Shown here in pieces: positions 19,977 to 30,153 of a stretch of 64,000 bases of DNA; position 1 is the first letter of the stretch; the number at the start of each line of letters is the position of its first letter. The stretch spans positions 2,651 through 66,650 of the forward strand of contig JBASUY010000020.1 in the NCBI GenBank assembly GCA_049275655.1. Direction: 5' to 3'. Made by a program: the position numbers and the translations under genes. Under the pieces are notes generated by a model. It was not told where the DNA came from, searched no databases, and saw only the letters and a program-made list of their open reading frames with translations. Source of the stretch: Candidatus Omnitrophota bacterium. GTDB taxonomy: Bacteria; Omnitrophota; Gorgyraeia; Gygaellales; Profunditerraquicolaceae.

Positions 19977-21175
19977 TCCGCCTTTCTGATAAAAAAATCC
20001 ATAAGCTCATGCCCTCTTTCAAAGGTAAGCCCGCTTTTTAAGGATTCTTTCTCACTATAGTTTAAAAAACCTCTTGCAATGATATTATGTCCAAATATCC
20101 CAAAAGGAACAGGGTCTGAGGTATGCGTTTTAAGAGAGACAGGGGTAGGATGATCCGGTAATACCATCAACCTAAAGTTTCTCTTGCGTTTAAAGTACTT
20201 AAGGACTCTGCCTAAAATCAACTGGTCAAATCTCTCTATGGCAATAATCTTTTCTCTTAAATCTCCGTTATGCCCTGCTTCATCAGCTGCTTCTAAGTGG
20301 AGAAAAACAAAGTCTTTATCTTCAAGCGCCTTTAATGCTGCCTTTGCCTTTCCCTCATAATTAGTATCATAATAACCGGTTGCTCCCGGGACATTAATAA
20401 CTTCAAGGCCAATTGTTTTGCCTAACCCTTTAATTAAATTTACCGCAGAGATTACACTTCCTTTAATACCGTACTTTTCATAGAAGCTCTCCATTAAAGG
20501 GCGCTTCCCTTGTCCCCAGAGCCAAATCATATTAGCAGGGTTTTCTTTTAAATCTAAGCGGACAAGGTTAATCTCATGTTTTTCTAATATTTTTTTAGAC
20601 TCCTGCATGAGATTAATAAGGATACTTGCATTATCGCCTTTAGGCAGGTTTCTTGAAATACTTTTTCCGGTTATATCGTGCGGTGGACGGCAAGTTATCC
20701 TATCAAGATGTTCTTCTGCCCCTCGCTTAACAACCATAAGATGGCGGTAACTTACCCCGGGGTAAAACTTAATTCTATTAGTACCTAAGGCACGATCAAT
20801 AAACTTTATAATTATCTCAGCCTCTTTAGAGCTGATATGCCCTGCGCTATAGTCGCGCAGTATATCATTAGATGCAGTAATGAGATTACACCTAAAAGCT
20901 ACATCGTCATCTTCTAATTTTACTCCAAGGTTGGCTGCCTCAAGGGGAGCTCTACCGGAATAGTATTTTTTAGGGTCATAGCCGAATATAGAGATTTGTG
21001 CGATATCTGAACCTGGAGTAAACCCTTCCGGGACGGTCCGCACTCTTCCTAAACGCCCGTATTTGGCGATAAAGTCCATATTCGGCGTGCGCGCAGCCTC
21101 TAAAGGCGTGCGCCCGCGTATCTCTTTTTGCGGAATATCAGCCATCCCATCGCAGACTAAAACAATATATTTCAT
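19973..21175 (-). CDS. Archaeal-type cofactor-independent phosphoglycerate mutase family protein (ApgM-like), candidate non-orthologous homoserine kinase
   Basis: 400 aa. MKYIVLVCDGMADIP is the metal-binding N-terminus of the ApgM/phosphopentomutase superfamily. It lies among the aspartate-family genes lysC, thrC and hom. Confidence 0.75.
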   Translation of the reverse strand: MKYIVLVCDGMADIPQKEIRGRTPLEAARTPNMDFIAKYGRLGRVRTVPEGFTPGSDIAQISIFGYDPKKYYSGRAPLEAANLGVKLEDDDVAFRCNLITASNDILRDYSAGHISSKEAEIIIKFIDRALGTNRIKFYPGVSYRHLMVVKRGAEEHLDRITCRPPHDITGKSISRNLPKGDNASILINLMQESKKILEKHEINLVRLDLKENPANMIWLWGQGKRPLMESFYEKYGIKGSVISAVNLIKGLGKTIGLEVINVPGATGYYDTNYEGKAKAALKALEDKDFVFLHLEAADEAGHNGDLREKIIAIERFDQLILGRVLKYFKRKRNFRLMVLPDHPTPVSLKTHTSDPVPFGIFGHNIIARGFLNYSEKESLKSGLTFERGHELMDFFIRKAE

Positions 21176-21180
21176 CTTTT

Positions 21181-21738
21181 TTAAAATGTTACCTGCGGCA
21201 CTTTCTTAGCCGTATCATCTGCCTTAAAATATTCTGTTGCCGGCTTATAGCCAAAATTAGAAGCGATAATATTACCCGGGAATGTCCTTACCGATATATT
21301 ATACTCTCTGACAGATTCATTGTAACGCATCCTTTCTACTGCTATTCTATTTTCTGTCCCGGACAATTCATCCATAAGCTTTAAAAATGTCTGGTCTGCT
21401 TTTAGGTCAGGGTAGTTCTCTGCTACAAAAAGCAACCTAGACAAAGCAGCGTCTATTTCTCCGGCTGCTTTAACCTTCTCTTCAACGGTAGACGCCTTAG
21501 CCCATTGGGAGCGGGCTAAGGTAACATTTTCAAGGACCGTCTTTTCATGCGCGGCATAACCTTTTACTGTATTTAAAAGATTAGGTATCAAGTCATTTCT
21601 TCGTTGCAATTGATTTTCTACCTGCGCCCATTTAGCGGTTATAGCCTCATGCTTAGAGATGATACCGTTATAAAGAGCGATAATAATTCCTATTAATATA
21701 ACTACGGCTAGTATAACTCCAATAACTATCTTTTTCAT
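21181..21738 (-). CDS. lemA: LemA family protein
   Basis: 185 aa. N-terminal TM helix followed by the LemA signature region (KWAQVENQLQRRNDLIPNL). Confidence 0.85.
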   Translation of the reverse strand: MKKIVIGVILAVVILIGIIIALYNGIISKHEAITAKWAQVENQLQRRNDLIPNLLNTVKGYAAHEKTVLENVTLARSQWAKASTVEEKVKAAGEIDAALSRLLFVAENYPDLKADQTFLKLMDELSGTENRIAVERMRYNESVREYNISVRTFPGNIIASNFGYKPATEYFKADDTAKKVPQVTF

Positions 21739-21767
21739 TATTCTGCCCTCCCTTTTTATATTAAGTA

Positions 21768-22661
21768 TTAAAATTTTCCTCCGGCTCCGCCACCTCCGCC
21801 TCTACCTCCGCCAAACCCACCGCCGCCAAATCCTCCCCCACCGATTCCTCCGCCAAACCCACCGCTCCTAAAACCCCCACTACCCCACTTACCAGATGAG
21901 GATTTACTGCCAAAATCTAATGGGCCAAAAAAACTCTTTCTTTTTTCCTTAGGGAGTTTTTTCCAATAAAAATACCTCATTAACATTGAAAGGATGAAAG
22001 CAAGGAATATTATAATTCCTAACGGTTTAGAGACACCCAAGAAAAATACGGTAGAAAATAATAAGGTTACTGGTAGGCTTATAGGTATCGGCCAAGGGAA
22101 GCTCCAAATAAAAAAGAAAACCGGAATAATAAAATAAAAAATAAACGGATTATCTTTTTCTTCAGATTTTTCCCCACTTTCTAAACTACTTTTAGAGAGA
22201 ATTGCGGTAATTTTAATAATCCCAGTATAGATTCCCTCGCCGTAATTCCCTGATTTAAAATAAGGGGCCATGTAATCGCGTCCTATCTGGCCGCATAAAC
22301 CATCAGGTAGGTCTCCTTCTATGCCATACCCTGTTTCAATTCGCCAAAGCCTTTCTTTTTCTGCTACAAGGATTAAAACTCCGTTGTCTTTATCTTTTTT
22401 CCCCGGTTTCCAATTATCAAAGACCATCCGGGTAAATTCTTTCTCTTCATAAGGAGAAATGGTTTTAAAGGTAGCCACAACTACCTCAACCCCTGTTTTT
22501 TCTTCTAACTCGGAAATTAAAGTATTAATCTTTTCTTTGTATTCAGGATTAATAATACCGGCAAAATCATTCACCCACCCAGAAGGAGAGGGTATTTCAA
22601 AGGCAAATAGGCAAGAAAAAGAAAGAAATAGAATAAAGGCAAGAATAATAACCTTACGCAT
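21768..22661 (-). CDS. TPM-domain (YgcG-like) protein with glycine-rich C-terminal tail
   Basis: Signal peptide, TPM fold region, TM helix, then the tail GGFGGGIGGGGFGGGGFGGGRGGGGGAGG. LemA-TPM is a conserved gene pair. Confidence 0.7.
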   Translation of the reverse strand: MRKVIILAFILFLSFSCLFAFEIPSPSGWVNDFAGIINPEYKEKINTLISELEEKTGVEVVVATFKTISPYEEKEFTRMVFDNWKPGKKDKDNGVLILVAEKERLWRIETGYGIEGDLPDGLCGQIGRDYMAPYFKSGNYGEGIYTGIIKITAILSKSSLESGEKSEEKDNPFIFYFIIPVFFFIWSFPWPIPISLPVTLLFSTVFFLGVSKPLGIIIFLAFILSMLMRYFYWKKLPKEKRKSFFGPLDFGSKSSSGKWGSGGFRSGGFGGGIGGGGFGGGGFGGGRGGGGGAGGKF

Positions 22662-23295
22662 AATAGCCCCCGATTATTTTTATAGCCCCTTTTACAAGAG
22701 ACTCCCTGTCCTTAAAAACTTTACTGATTTTATTCTCTTCCATTAAAAAGGCAGAATATTTGCCGTCTTTTACAGTATTAGATATGACTAAATCCGCGCA
22801 AGACTGCCTTATTAATTTAACTGCTTCTTTGTATAAATTATCCTTTTTGGCCTCCGGCTCATATTTAAATCCGATGAGAAATATCTTTGGTTGTATCTTT
22901 TTAAATAAGCGGATAATTTTAAAAGTCGGCTTAAATTTTATAGTTAAGCTTTTTAAATTAGATTTAATTTTTTTAGGATACGGCATGCAAGGCGCATAAT
23001 CAGATACCGCTGCGCTATGTATTGCTATATCGTACTTTTTATTTTTAAGCTCTTTTTTTATTAGGTTATTCAACTCATCAAAAAACTTATATTTCTTTAC
23101 CGTTATACTCCTTTTTTGCAAAGGTAGATTAATTGGCCCTAATAAAAGGGTAACCTTAGAGCCAAGCCTCTTAAAAGCGTCAGCAAAGAGTAGCCCTGTT
23201 TTGCCGCTAGCAGTATTGCTGATTACTCTTACCTTATCTATCTTAACCCAGGTCGGGCCTGCGGTAATAAGAACCCTCTTATTCTTTAATTTCAT
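22654..23295 (-). CDS. coaB: Phosphopantothenate--cysteine ligase domain protein (stand-alone CoaB)
   Basis: 213 aa. [25 protein letters not shown] matches the CoaB motif ITAGPTxEPIDPVRxIxNxSSGKMG. No CoaC flavoprotein domain is attached. Confidence 0.75.
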   Translation of the reverse strand: MKLKNKRVLITAGPTWVKIDKVRVISNTASGKTGLLFADAFKRLGSKVTLLLGPINLPLQKRSITVKKYKFFDELNNLIKKELKNKKYDIAIHSAAVSDYAPCMPYPKKIKSNLKSLTIKFKPTFKIIRLFKKIQPKIFLIGFKYEPEAKKDNLYKEAVKLIRQSCADLVISNTVKDGKYSAFLMEENKISKVFKDRESLVKGAIKIIGGYYA

Positions 23296-24352
23296 CTAAT
23301 AGGGCATTTAATTCTGGTTTTATTACTTTTGGATCTGCTATGTTCTTTATCGTTGTATCAGGGTCTTTTAGTCCATGCCCAGTTAAAATACAAACTATTC
23401 TGTTTATCTTTTTGCCTGTATTTTTTATAGCATCTTTAAAGTAGCCCTGCTTTGAAAGTTTAAACAGCCCTGCTATAGAAGATGCTGAGGCAGGCTCTAT
23501 AAACACTCCGTCGGTTTTGGCGATAAATTTATAGGCATCTATTATCTCTTTATCTGAGACCATATCTATTAACCCGCCTGATTCATCACGTGCTCTTTCT
23601 GCTTGCTTCCAGCTGGCAGGGTTTCCGATACGTATAGCTGTAGCTATTGTTTCAGGTTTTTCTATAGGGTAACCCCTTACTATCGGGGCAGACCCTTCTG
23701 CTTGAAATCCAAGCATTTTAGGCAGAGTCTTTGATAGTTTTAGGCCATGGTATTCTTTATAACCTTTCCAGTATGCAGTAATATTCCCGGCATTTCCCAC
23801 CGGCATAATTTGAAAATCAGGCGCGTCGCCTAAAAAGTCGCATATTTCAAAGCTGGCAGTCTTCTGTCCTTCTATGCGGTAAGGGTTAAGGGAATTTACC
23901 AAGGTTAGGGAATTTTTATCCGAGGCTTCTCTTACCAAGGTTAAAGCCTCATCAAAATTTCCTTCAACGGCCAAAACAACTGCTCCGTGTATAAGCGCTT
24001 GGCTTAATTTACCGAGGGCAATTGCCCCTTTTGGTATTAAAACTACGCATTTAATTTTAGCCCGAGCCGCATAAGCTGCAGCAGAAGCTGAGGTGTTTCC
24101 TGTAGAAGCACATATAACAGCCCTAGAGCCTTCTTCTTTGGCTTTAGAAATAGCCAAAGTCATCCCCCTGTCCTTAAATGAGCCTGTGGGATTTAGGCCC
24201 TCAACCTTAAGGTAAACTTCAAAACCTTCTCCTAAAAAACTGCTCAAAGATGGGGAGAAGAGTAATGGAGTATTCCCCTCATTTAAGGTTATAACCGGAG
24301 TCTTACCAGTAACAGGAAGGTATTTTTTATATCTATTAATTACCCCTATCAT
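23279..24352 (-). CDS. thrC: Threonine synthase
   Basis: 357 aa PLP-fold type II enzyme with the lysine motif in [11 protein letters not shown]. Confidence 0.9.
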   Translation of the reverse strand: MIGVINRYKKYLPVTGKTPVITLNEGNTPLLFSPSLSSFLGEGFEVYLKVEGLNPTGSFKDRGMTLAISKAKEEGSRAVICASTGNTSASAAAYAARAKIKCVVLIPKGAIALGKLSQALIHGAVVLAVEGNFDEALTLVREASDKNSLTLVNSLNPYRIEGQKTASFEICDFLGDAPDFQIMPVGNAGNITAYWKGYKEYHGLKLSKTLPKMLGFQAEGSAPIVRGYPIEKPETIATAIRIGNPASWKQAERARDESGGLIDMVSDKEIIDAYKFIAKTDGVFIEPASASSIAGLFKLSKQGYFKDAIKNTGKKINRIVCILTGHGLKDPDTTIKNIADPKVIKPELNALLDEIKE

Positions 24353-25644
24353 ATCTCTTCCATCCTTATTGCTACAGACTTCTCTTTAATTGATTCTATG
24401 CGGTCAATAATATTAAGCGCTCTTCTTAAATCTTTTTCTTTTGCCTCGTGAATAAGCATTATAATAGGGACAAGTTTAGACTTGTTTTTTTCTTTTTGGG
24501 TAACCGAAGATATGCTTATTCCGAATTTAGCTAAGACTCCTGAAATCTTTGCTAAAACGCCAGGTTTATCTAAGGCAGTAAAACGTATATAGTAGCGGCT
24601 CAAGGACTCATCTATCTTGCGTAGCCTTTTTATGGATTTATCCTGCACAGCGTTCATCATTGGCCTAAAAAGCCCTGCCTTTATATCTTTGGTTAAATCT
24701 ACTATATCTGAGACTACGGCTGAAGCAGCTGAGAGTTGCCCTGCCCCGGGTCCGTAAAATAATAAGTCTCCAGCTAAATCTGCCTCAACATATATTGCGT
24801 TAAAGACTCCGTCAATTGAAGATAAAAGATGATCTTTTGGTATTAAAGTCGGATGCACTCTAACCTCTAAATCTTCTTTTTCTCTTTGGGCGATAGCAAG
24901 GAGTTTAATCTTAAAACCTAACTCTTTAGCATAATTAATATCTGCTAATGAAATACGCGAGATTCCTTCAATAAAAATATCACGCATATTTACCATCTTA
25001 CCGAAGGATAGGTAAGTAAGTAGCGCTAACTTATGCGCAGAGTCTATTCCCTGAACATCTAAAGTCGGATCCTTTTCAGCAAAACCTTTTCTCTGGGCTT
25101 CTTTAAGTGCCTCTGAAAAGGTTATTCCTTTAGTAGACATTGAAGAGAGTATATAATTAGATGTCCCATTAAGAATCCCGAGTATACTATTAAAATTATT
25201 AGAGACTAATCCTTCTCTTAAAGATTTTATGATTGGTATGCCTGCCCCTACTGAGGCTTCAAAATATATGCTTTTCCCCTTAGCGCCTGCTTCTAAAAAA
25301 AGCTCTTCTCCATAGGTGGCTAAAAGCGCTTTATTTGCAGTAACGATATTCTTACCTCTCTTAATAGAATCAAGGATAAGTTCTCTTGCCGGGTGAATTC
25401 CGCCTATTAGTTCTACCATTATATCTATTTGAGGGTCTTCAATAATGTCCTTAGGATTGCGAGTAAGAAGCATTTTATTGACACTTACATTGCGTTTAGA
25501 GGTAATATCTTGGTCGCATATCTTTCTTATATTTATATCTAAACCTATCTTAGCGCTTAAAAGAGTTCGTTTTTCCCGTAGGATTTTAACAACCCCAGAA
25601 CCAATATTCCCAAAGCCAATTAATCCAATATTGATTTTTTTCAT
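24349..25644 (-). CDS. hom: Homoserine dehydrogenase
   Basis: 431 aa. N-terminal NAD-binding [13 protein letters not shown], catalytic domain, and a C-terminal ACT domain. Confidence 0.9.
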   Translation of the reverse strand: MKKINIGLIGFGNIGSGVVKILREKRTLLSAKIGLDINIRKICDQDITSKRNVSVNKMLLTRNPKDIIEDPQIDIMVELIGGIHPARELILDSIKRGKNIVTANKALLATYGEELFLEAGAKGKSIYFEASVGAGIPIIKSLREGLVSNNFNSILGILNGTSNYILSSMSTKGITFSEALKEAQRKGFAEKDPTLDVQGIDSAHKLALLTYLSFGKMVNMRDIFIEGISRISLADINYAKELGFKIKLLAIAQREKEDLEVRVHPTLIPKDHLLSSIDGVFNAIYVEADLAGDLLFYGPGAGQLSAASAVVSDIVDLTKDIKAGLFRPMMNAVQDKSIKRLRKIDESLSRYYIRFTALDKPGVLAKISGVLAKFGISISSVTQKEKNKSKLVPIIMLIHEAKEKDLRRALNIIDRIESIKEKSVAIRMEEI

Positions 25645-25646
25645 AA

Positions 25647-26045
25647 CTATTCCTTTTTGCCTTTTTTAAGATAATAATCTACGGTCTCTCCTACGATCAT
25701 TTTATGTTTTTTATCTACGGAGATAAACTCTAGGTGAGTATCGTAAATCATATCCCTCATTATCTCCTTTGATTCAACCACTCTTCCTATAACCATAATC
25801 GGATTAGGATCAAAAGGCAAGCGTATTTCAATTGCTAAGTTTGTTCCGGGAGAAAATGCCCTATTGGTAGTAAGAAGCATCCCCCCTAAGCTTATATTTT
25901 TAGTTTGAGTTAGATCTACATTGTCAATCTCATCAAGGATTCGGTAAGATACAATAAACCTGCCATAGGCGCGTGGGTGTTTTCTACGTTCTGTTCCCGA
26001 ATATTCCATAGCTACCTCCTTTAATTTGGGGAACTTTTCCCCCAT
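25647..26045 (-). CDS. PilZ domain protein (putative c-di-GMP receptor)
   Basis: RRKHPR (RxxxR) and NISLGG (D/NxSxGG) PilZ motifs. 132 aa. Confidence 0.6.
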   Translation of the reverse strand: MGEKFPKLKEVAMEYSGTERRKHPRAYGRFIVSYRILDEIDNVDLTQTKNISLGGMLLTTNRAFSPGTNLAIEIRLPFDPNPIMVIGRVVESKEIMRDMIYDTHLEFISVDKKHKMIVGETVDYYLKKGKKE

Positions 26046-26070
26046 ACCCCCTTAGTTTTAAGTGTAATAG

Positions 26071-26145
26071 TCGGGGCGGACAGACTTGAACTGTCGACCT
26101 CTTGAACCCCATTCAAGCGCTCTAGCCAAACTGAGCCACGCCCCG
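26071..26145 (-). tRNA. tRNA-Pro (anticodon GGG)
   Basis: Manual fold. Acceptor CGGGGCG/CGCCCCG, D-stem GCTC/GAGC, anticodon stem CTTGA/TCAAG with loop ATGGGGT, T-arm GACAG-TTCAAGT-CTGTC. No encoded CCA. Confidence 0.85.
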
Positions 26146-26152
26146 CAAAAAA

Positions 26153-27190
26153 CTACTCTTCTTTTTTGTTCCTTGTCATTAAATCCCTAACAGCTTTTAA
26201 GGCAGATTTATTCCTGTACAGAACGTTATAAACCTCCCTTACTATGGGCATATCAACTTTATATTTGAGGCTTAAGAGATAAGCAGATTTAGCAGTAGGT
26301 ATTCCTTCTGCTATGCCTGAATGTTTCTTTGTAGAAGAGCTTAAAGCCTTTAGTATCTTTACTAAAGGCTGCCCCTTGCCTAACTCCTCGCCTACAAACC
26401 TATTCCTGCTATGCGGGCTAAAACAGGTAGTTACTAAATCCCCTAATCCACTTATACCGCTAAAAGTATTTTGTTTAGCGCCCATGGCTTTGCCTAAACG
26501 AGAAATCTCCGCTAATCCCCTTGCTAATATAGCTGCTTTTGTATTTGCCCCAAATTTAAGCCCGTCAGATGCCCCACAGGCAATAGCAATAACATTTTTT
26601 AAACTCCCTCCTAATTCTACGCCTAAAATATCGTTATTAGTATATACCCTAAACCTTTCAGTTATGAATATATCCTGCACAAATTTCCTTAAGAGCTTGT
26701 CTTTAGAGGCTACTACTGCAACTGTTGGAATATTATTAGCAACCTCATAGGCTATGGTCGGGCCTGAAAGGACTGCAAGCTTTACCCTGCCTAACTCTTC
26801 TATTATAACCTCCGAAATTCTTTTTAATCCCTTAGCTTCAATACCCTTGACAACACTTAAATATACAGGTTTAGTTCTATTGAAGGCGATATCTTTTTTT
26901 ATTGCCCTTAAGATTCTACGGATATGCTCTGAGGGGGTTGCTAAGACTATTAAGTCTTTGTTTAAGATAGCATGGGATATCTTATCTGTAAGGATAATAC
27001 TTTTAGGTATTTTTATCCCCGGAAGAAACTTATGGTTTTCTCTCAATTGTTTTATCTTTAAGATATTATCACTAAAAGCCCCCCAAAGACTAACCGAATG
27101 CCCTTTTTTAGAAAGAAGAATAGCTAGGGTAGTCCCCCAACCGCCATCGCCAAGAATAGCTATTTTAATCTTTTTATTATTCAAATACAT
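26153..27190 (-). CDS. gpsA: NAD(P)H-dependent glycerol-3-phosphate dehydrogenase
   Basis: 345 aa. N-terminal IAILGDGGWGTTLA Rossmann motif with a GpsA-type C-terminal domain. Confidence 0.9.
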   Translation of the reverse strand: MYLNNKKIKIAILGDGGWGTTLAILLSKKGHSVSLWGAFSDNILKIKQLRENHKFLPGIKIPKSIILTDKISHAILNKDLIVLATPSEHIRRILRAIKKDIAFNRTKPVYLSVVKGIEAKGLKRISEVIIEELGRVKLAVLSGPTIAYEVANNIPTVAVVASKDKLLRKFVQDIFITERFRVYTNNDILGVELGGSLKNVIAIACGASDGLKFGANTKAAILARGLAEISRLGKAMGAKQNTFSGISGLGDLVTTCFSPHSRNRFVGEELGKGQPLVKILKALSSSTKKHSGIAEGIPTAKSAYLLSLKYKVDMPIVREVYNVLYRNKSALKAVRDLMTRNKKEE

Positions 27191-27539
27191 TCCTCCAGCT
27201 TTTTTCCTCCCGGGTAATAAATTTTATCCCCACATCAAAATTAAGGCCTCCTTTTGGCTCAATCCTTACTACTTTGCCTAACACTCCCTTTTGATATATA
27301 AGCGCTCTTTTTTCCAACTCTTCGCAGATCTCTAAAGTTTCGCGGTTAAAAGATAACCAAAGAATATCATCTTGATTAACCCGCTCTTTAATATTACAGA
27401 GCATCCCTGCCGAACTTATATTTGAGGTATAGCCTTCGAGAAGCTTAGATACAGTATCTTTATTGCATACTTTGTAAGCTAAAGGGGTTGCGTAATTTAT
27501 TCTTGGAAAAATCCGCCTTTCTGAAGAATTTATATCCAT
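27177..27539 (-). CDS. PilZ domain protein
   Basis: RRIFPR and NISSAG motifs. 120 aa. Confidence 0.6.
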   Translation of the reverse strand: MDINSSERRIFPRINYATPLAYKVCNKDTVSKLLEGYTSNISSAGMLCNIKERVNQDDILWLSFNRETLEICEELEKRALIYQKGVLGKVVRIEPKGGLNFDVGIKFITREEKSWRNVFE

Positions 27540-27540
27540 A

Positions 27541-28290
27541 TTATTTTATAGCTAAATTATTTTTATTTGTCCTTATCTTTGCTAAATCCCAAGCGTAATC
27601 ATATAAGTGTAATCCTTTACTTAGAGCAATAATTTCTCCGTCTTCAACGCCTATTTCTTCAGCCATATATTGCTTGACTAATTGAAGGCCACCTAAGTTA
27701 GAAGGGAAACCTCCCCATAAATCCCAAGAGCGAAAATAAAGTATGAAATGTAATTTTCCGTAACGTAGGCGCGTATCTATAATCCTTAGGCACGGAGGGT
27801 CAAGAAGCTTTATATCCGAAGGCATGCCTATCTCCATAGTTGCCTGGTTGGTTCCGGCGCCTTTTTCCCGGTAAAGTTTTATAACCTCCTCAATCTGGTT
27901 TACGCAAAGAGGCATCTCCCGGACCATCTCTTTGCCGTTTACATTCTCTTTAAACTTAACCTTAGGGTCAACCAACCTCTCTCCATAAGTATAATCTTCC
28001 GTATCTGTTTTAGTCCCGGTTAAAAGATAAGTTAAATAACCTTGGATATAATCCATATCTGTAGGAGCAGGAATTCCCATCCCTTCAGGAATTATAGGAA
28101 TGATTTGATGAGACGGTTTTTTAACTCTTATCGCCGCAAAATCAAATTCTAGCCTTTTCTGCCCTTCGTAACTTCCCTTAGTAATAGTGTAAACATGCCC
28201 ATGCTCTAAAATTTCGGATAGAGATTGAAACCAAGCATCATCAAGATCAAATGCATCAATAAAAATAGGTTTTAAAAGCTCTTCGGTCAT
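27541..28290 (-). CDS. Thymidylate synthase (ThyA) fold protein, divergent, short archaeal-like form
   Basis: 249 aa. LLDPPCLRIIDTRLRYGKLHFILYFRSWDLWGGFPSNLGG...GLHLYDYA aligns to the ThyA core ([38 protein letters not shown]...GDTHLYSNH). Catalytic Cys and the Asn of dUMP-type enzymes are retained. The His after Cys is replaced by Leu. Confidence 0.55.
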   Translation of the reverse strand: MTEELLKPIFIDAFDLDDAWFQSLSEILEHGHVYTITKGSYEGQKRLEFDFAAIRVKKPSHQIIPIIPEGMGIPAPTDMDYIQGYLTYLLTGTKTDTEDYTYGERLVDPKVKFKENVNGKEMVREMPLCVNQIEEVIKLYREKGAGTNQATMEIGMPSDIKLLDPPCLRIIDTRLRYGKLHFILYFRSWDLWGGFPSNLGGLQLVKQYMAEEIGVEDGEIIALSKGLHLYDYAWDLAKIRTNKNNLAIK

Positions 28291-28676
28291 TTTCTTCTAT
28301 TTTTTTCTTTTGCAGTTTTAACAAAAAGATTAAAGCTGCTAATTATCCGTGATATAGGCACATTTTTACCGATATAACCTGCGCTGCCGTATTCTTTAGA
28401 TTTAGATATAAGCTCTTCATCATATCCAAAGCCGGTAATCATAATTACAATAATTTCAGGCTTTAAATCTTTTATCTTTTTTAAGGCTTCTAAGCCGGTT
28501 ATCCCGGTAAGCTTAACATCCATAAGCACGGCATCAAAATCCTCTTTTTCTACGAGCTTTAACGACTCTTCTCCGGTTGCTACAGTCTTTACAGAGTACC
28601 CTTCTTTTTTAAACAAGTCTTCAAATAATTCCCTTACCGCTGATTCATCATCAACAACTAATATTTTATAAATCAT
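28287..28676 (-). CDS. Single-domain response regulator (CheY-like receiver)
   Basis: ILVVDDE...D(phospho-acceptor)...K motifs. Start placed at the internal MIYKILVVDD. Confidence 0.8.
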   Translation of the reverse strand: MIYKILVVDDESAVRELFEDLFKKEGYSVKTVATGEESLKLVEKEDFDAVLMDVKLTGITGLEALKKIKDLKPEIIVIMITGFGYDEELISKSKEYGSAGYIGKNVPISRIISSFNLFVKTAKEKNRRK

Positions 28677-30138
28677 TGCTATCTCCTTTTTTAACAAAAG
28701 GTAGCTTGATAATAAAAGTGGTTCCTTTACCCACTTGGCTTTCAACCGTTATAGAGCCACTGTGATTTTTGATTATATTATAACAGATAGAAAGCCCCAA
28801 ACCTGTCCCTTCTTTTTTTGAAGAATAAAAGGGCAGAAAAAGATTTTTTAAGGCAAGTGGGGGTATACCGCAACCAGTATCACTTATAAATATTAAGAGG
28901 TATTCGTTTGATTTATTAATAGTTTTAATAGTAAGCGTGCCCCCTTCTTTCATCGCCTGGTAAGCATTAATAAATAGGTTTACAAATACTTCCTGAAGTT
29001 GATGCGAATCTCCTCTAATTTTAAGGATATTTTTGGCAAAGACCTTATTTATTTTTATCTCATTTGAAGGCAATTTATGATAGCGTAAAAGAGGAAGGAC
29101 ATCCCTAATTATTTTATTTATATCTAGTTCTCTTGTAGTAGGAATTGACTTACGGGAAAAGGTCAGGAATCTATCTACAAGCCTTCTTATCTGATCTACC
29201 TGAAGGTTTATTGCTTTAAGGCCAGACCTTAATTCCTTATTTAAACCCTTAGTCTTTAATAAGATTTCCGTTCTACCGGATATAACAAAGGCAGGATTAT
29301 TAATTTCATGCGCTATTCCTGCTACTAATTGCCCCATTGCCGCAAGTTTTTCCGATTGAAATACCTGATACTCTAATTTTTTTCTTTCAGTAATATCTTT
29401 AGCCATAAATATATAGCCTGTCGTATCGCCTGCTGAATCAATAAATTTAGTTACGGTTAAACTTACTGGAAAAGATTGTCCATCCTTCTTAATAAAATAA
29501 GTCTCCAATTCATACCTACCGGTTTTCTTCACTTGTTCAAGCATAAAGTTCAATTTATAAGAGATATCATCATAAGAGTGTAGGGCTTTTATATGCTTAA
29601 AGATTATCTCGCTTCTCTTCCAGCCAAACATATCCTCTGCGCCCATGCCATAGTAAGTTATATTCCCGTCTAAATTAATAGTGTATAAGGCGTATTCTTT
29701 TATATTTAAGATGATATTTTTTAATGTCTGGTCAATATTATTCAAGGAAGCTTCTTTTTCCCTATGGGAAGTATTATCGTCGCCCATAAACAAAACGCCT
29801 TGGAGGTTTTTGTTTTTTGTTAAGATAGGGTTAATTCTCCAATAAATTAACCGATCCTCGCCTTTTTTATCGGGTATCAAAATCTCAAAACTACTAGGGC
29901 GTTTGTATTTTAAGGCGTCATTAAGCATGGCTTTAAAAATTTGTTCTCGACTCAAAGAGTTTCTTAACCTTTTATAGATTATACTAATACAATCAGAGCC
30001 CACAATTAAATCTTTTGACATACCAACAATATCCTCAAACTTTTTATTGCACATAAGAACTTCTCCTTTAGAATCACAATAAAAGATTAAGGAATTTGCT
30101 TTATCAATTGCATTATAAATTGTTTTTAAAAGGTTCAT
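28666..30138 (-). CDS. Cytoplasmic PAS-domain sensor histidine kinase
   Basis: 490 aa. Two PAS-like regions, H-box AHEINNP, and an HATPase_c domain with G boxes (DTGCGIP, GTGLGLS). No TM helices. Confidence 0.85.
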   Translation of the reverse strand: MNLLKTIYNAIDKANSLIFYCDSKGEVLMCNKKFEDIVGMSKDLIVGSDCISIIYKRLRNSLSREQIFKAMLNDALKYKRPSSFEILIPDKKGEDRLIYWRINPILTKNKNLQGVLFMGDDNTSHREKEASLNNIDQTLKNIILNIKEYALYTINLDGNITYYGMGAEDMFGWKRSEIIFKHIKALHSYDDISYKLNFMLEQVKKTGRYELETYFIKKDGQSFPVSLTVTKFIDSAGDTTGYIFMAKDITERKKLEYQVFQSEKLAAMGQLVAGIAHEINNPAFVISGRTEILLKTKGLNKELRSGLKAINLQVDQIRRLVDRFLTFSRKSIPTTRELDINKIIRDVLPLLRYHKLPSNEIKINKVFAKNILKIRGDSHQLQEVFVNLFINAYQAMKEGGTLTIKTINKSNEYLLIFISDTGCGIPPLALKNLFLPFYSSKKEGTGLGLSICYNIIKNHSGSITVESQVGKGTTFIIKLPFVKKGDSNDL

Positions 30139-30153
30139 AAACGTTTTTATAAT

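Noticed and set aside
21768-21900. Gly-rich repeat at the 3' end of the TPM gene as a CRISPR array or tandem DNA repeat
   Set aside because: The repetition is at the protein level (a GGFGGG tail typical of YgcG/TPM proteins). There are no spacer-repeat units and no cas genes nearby.
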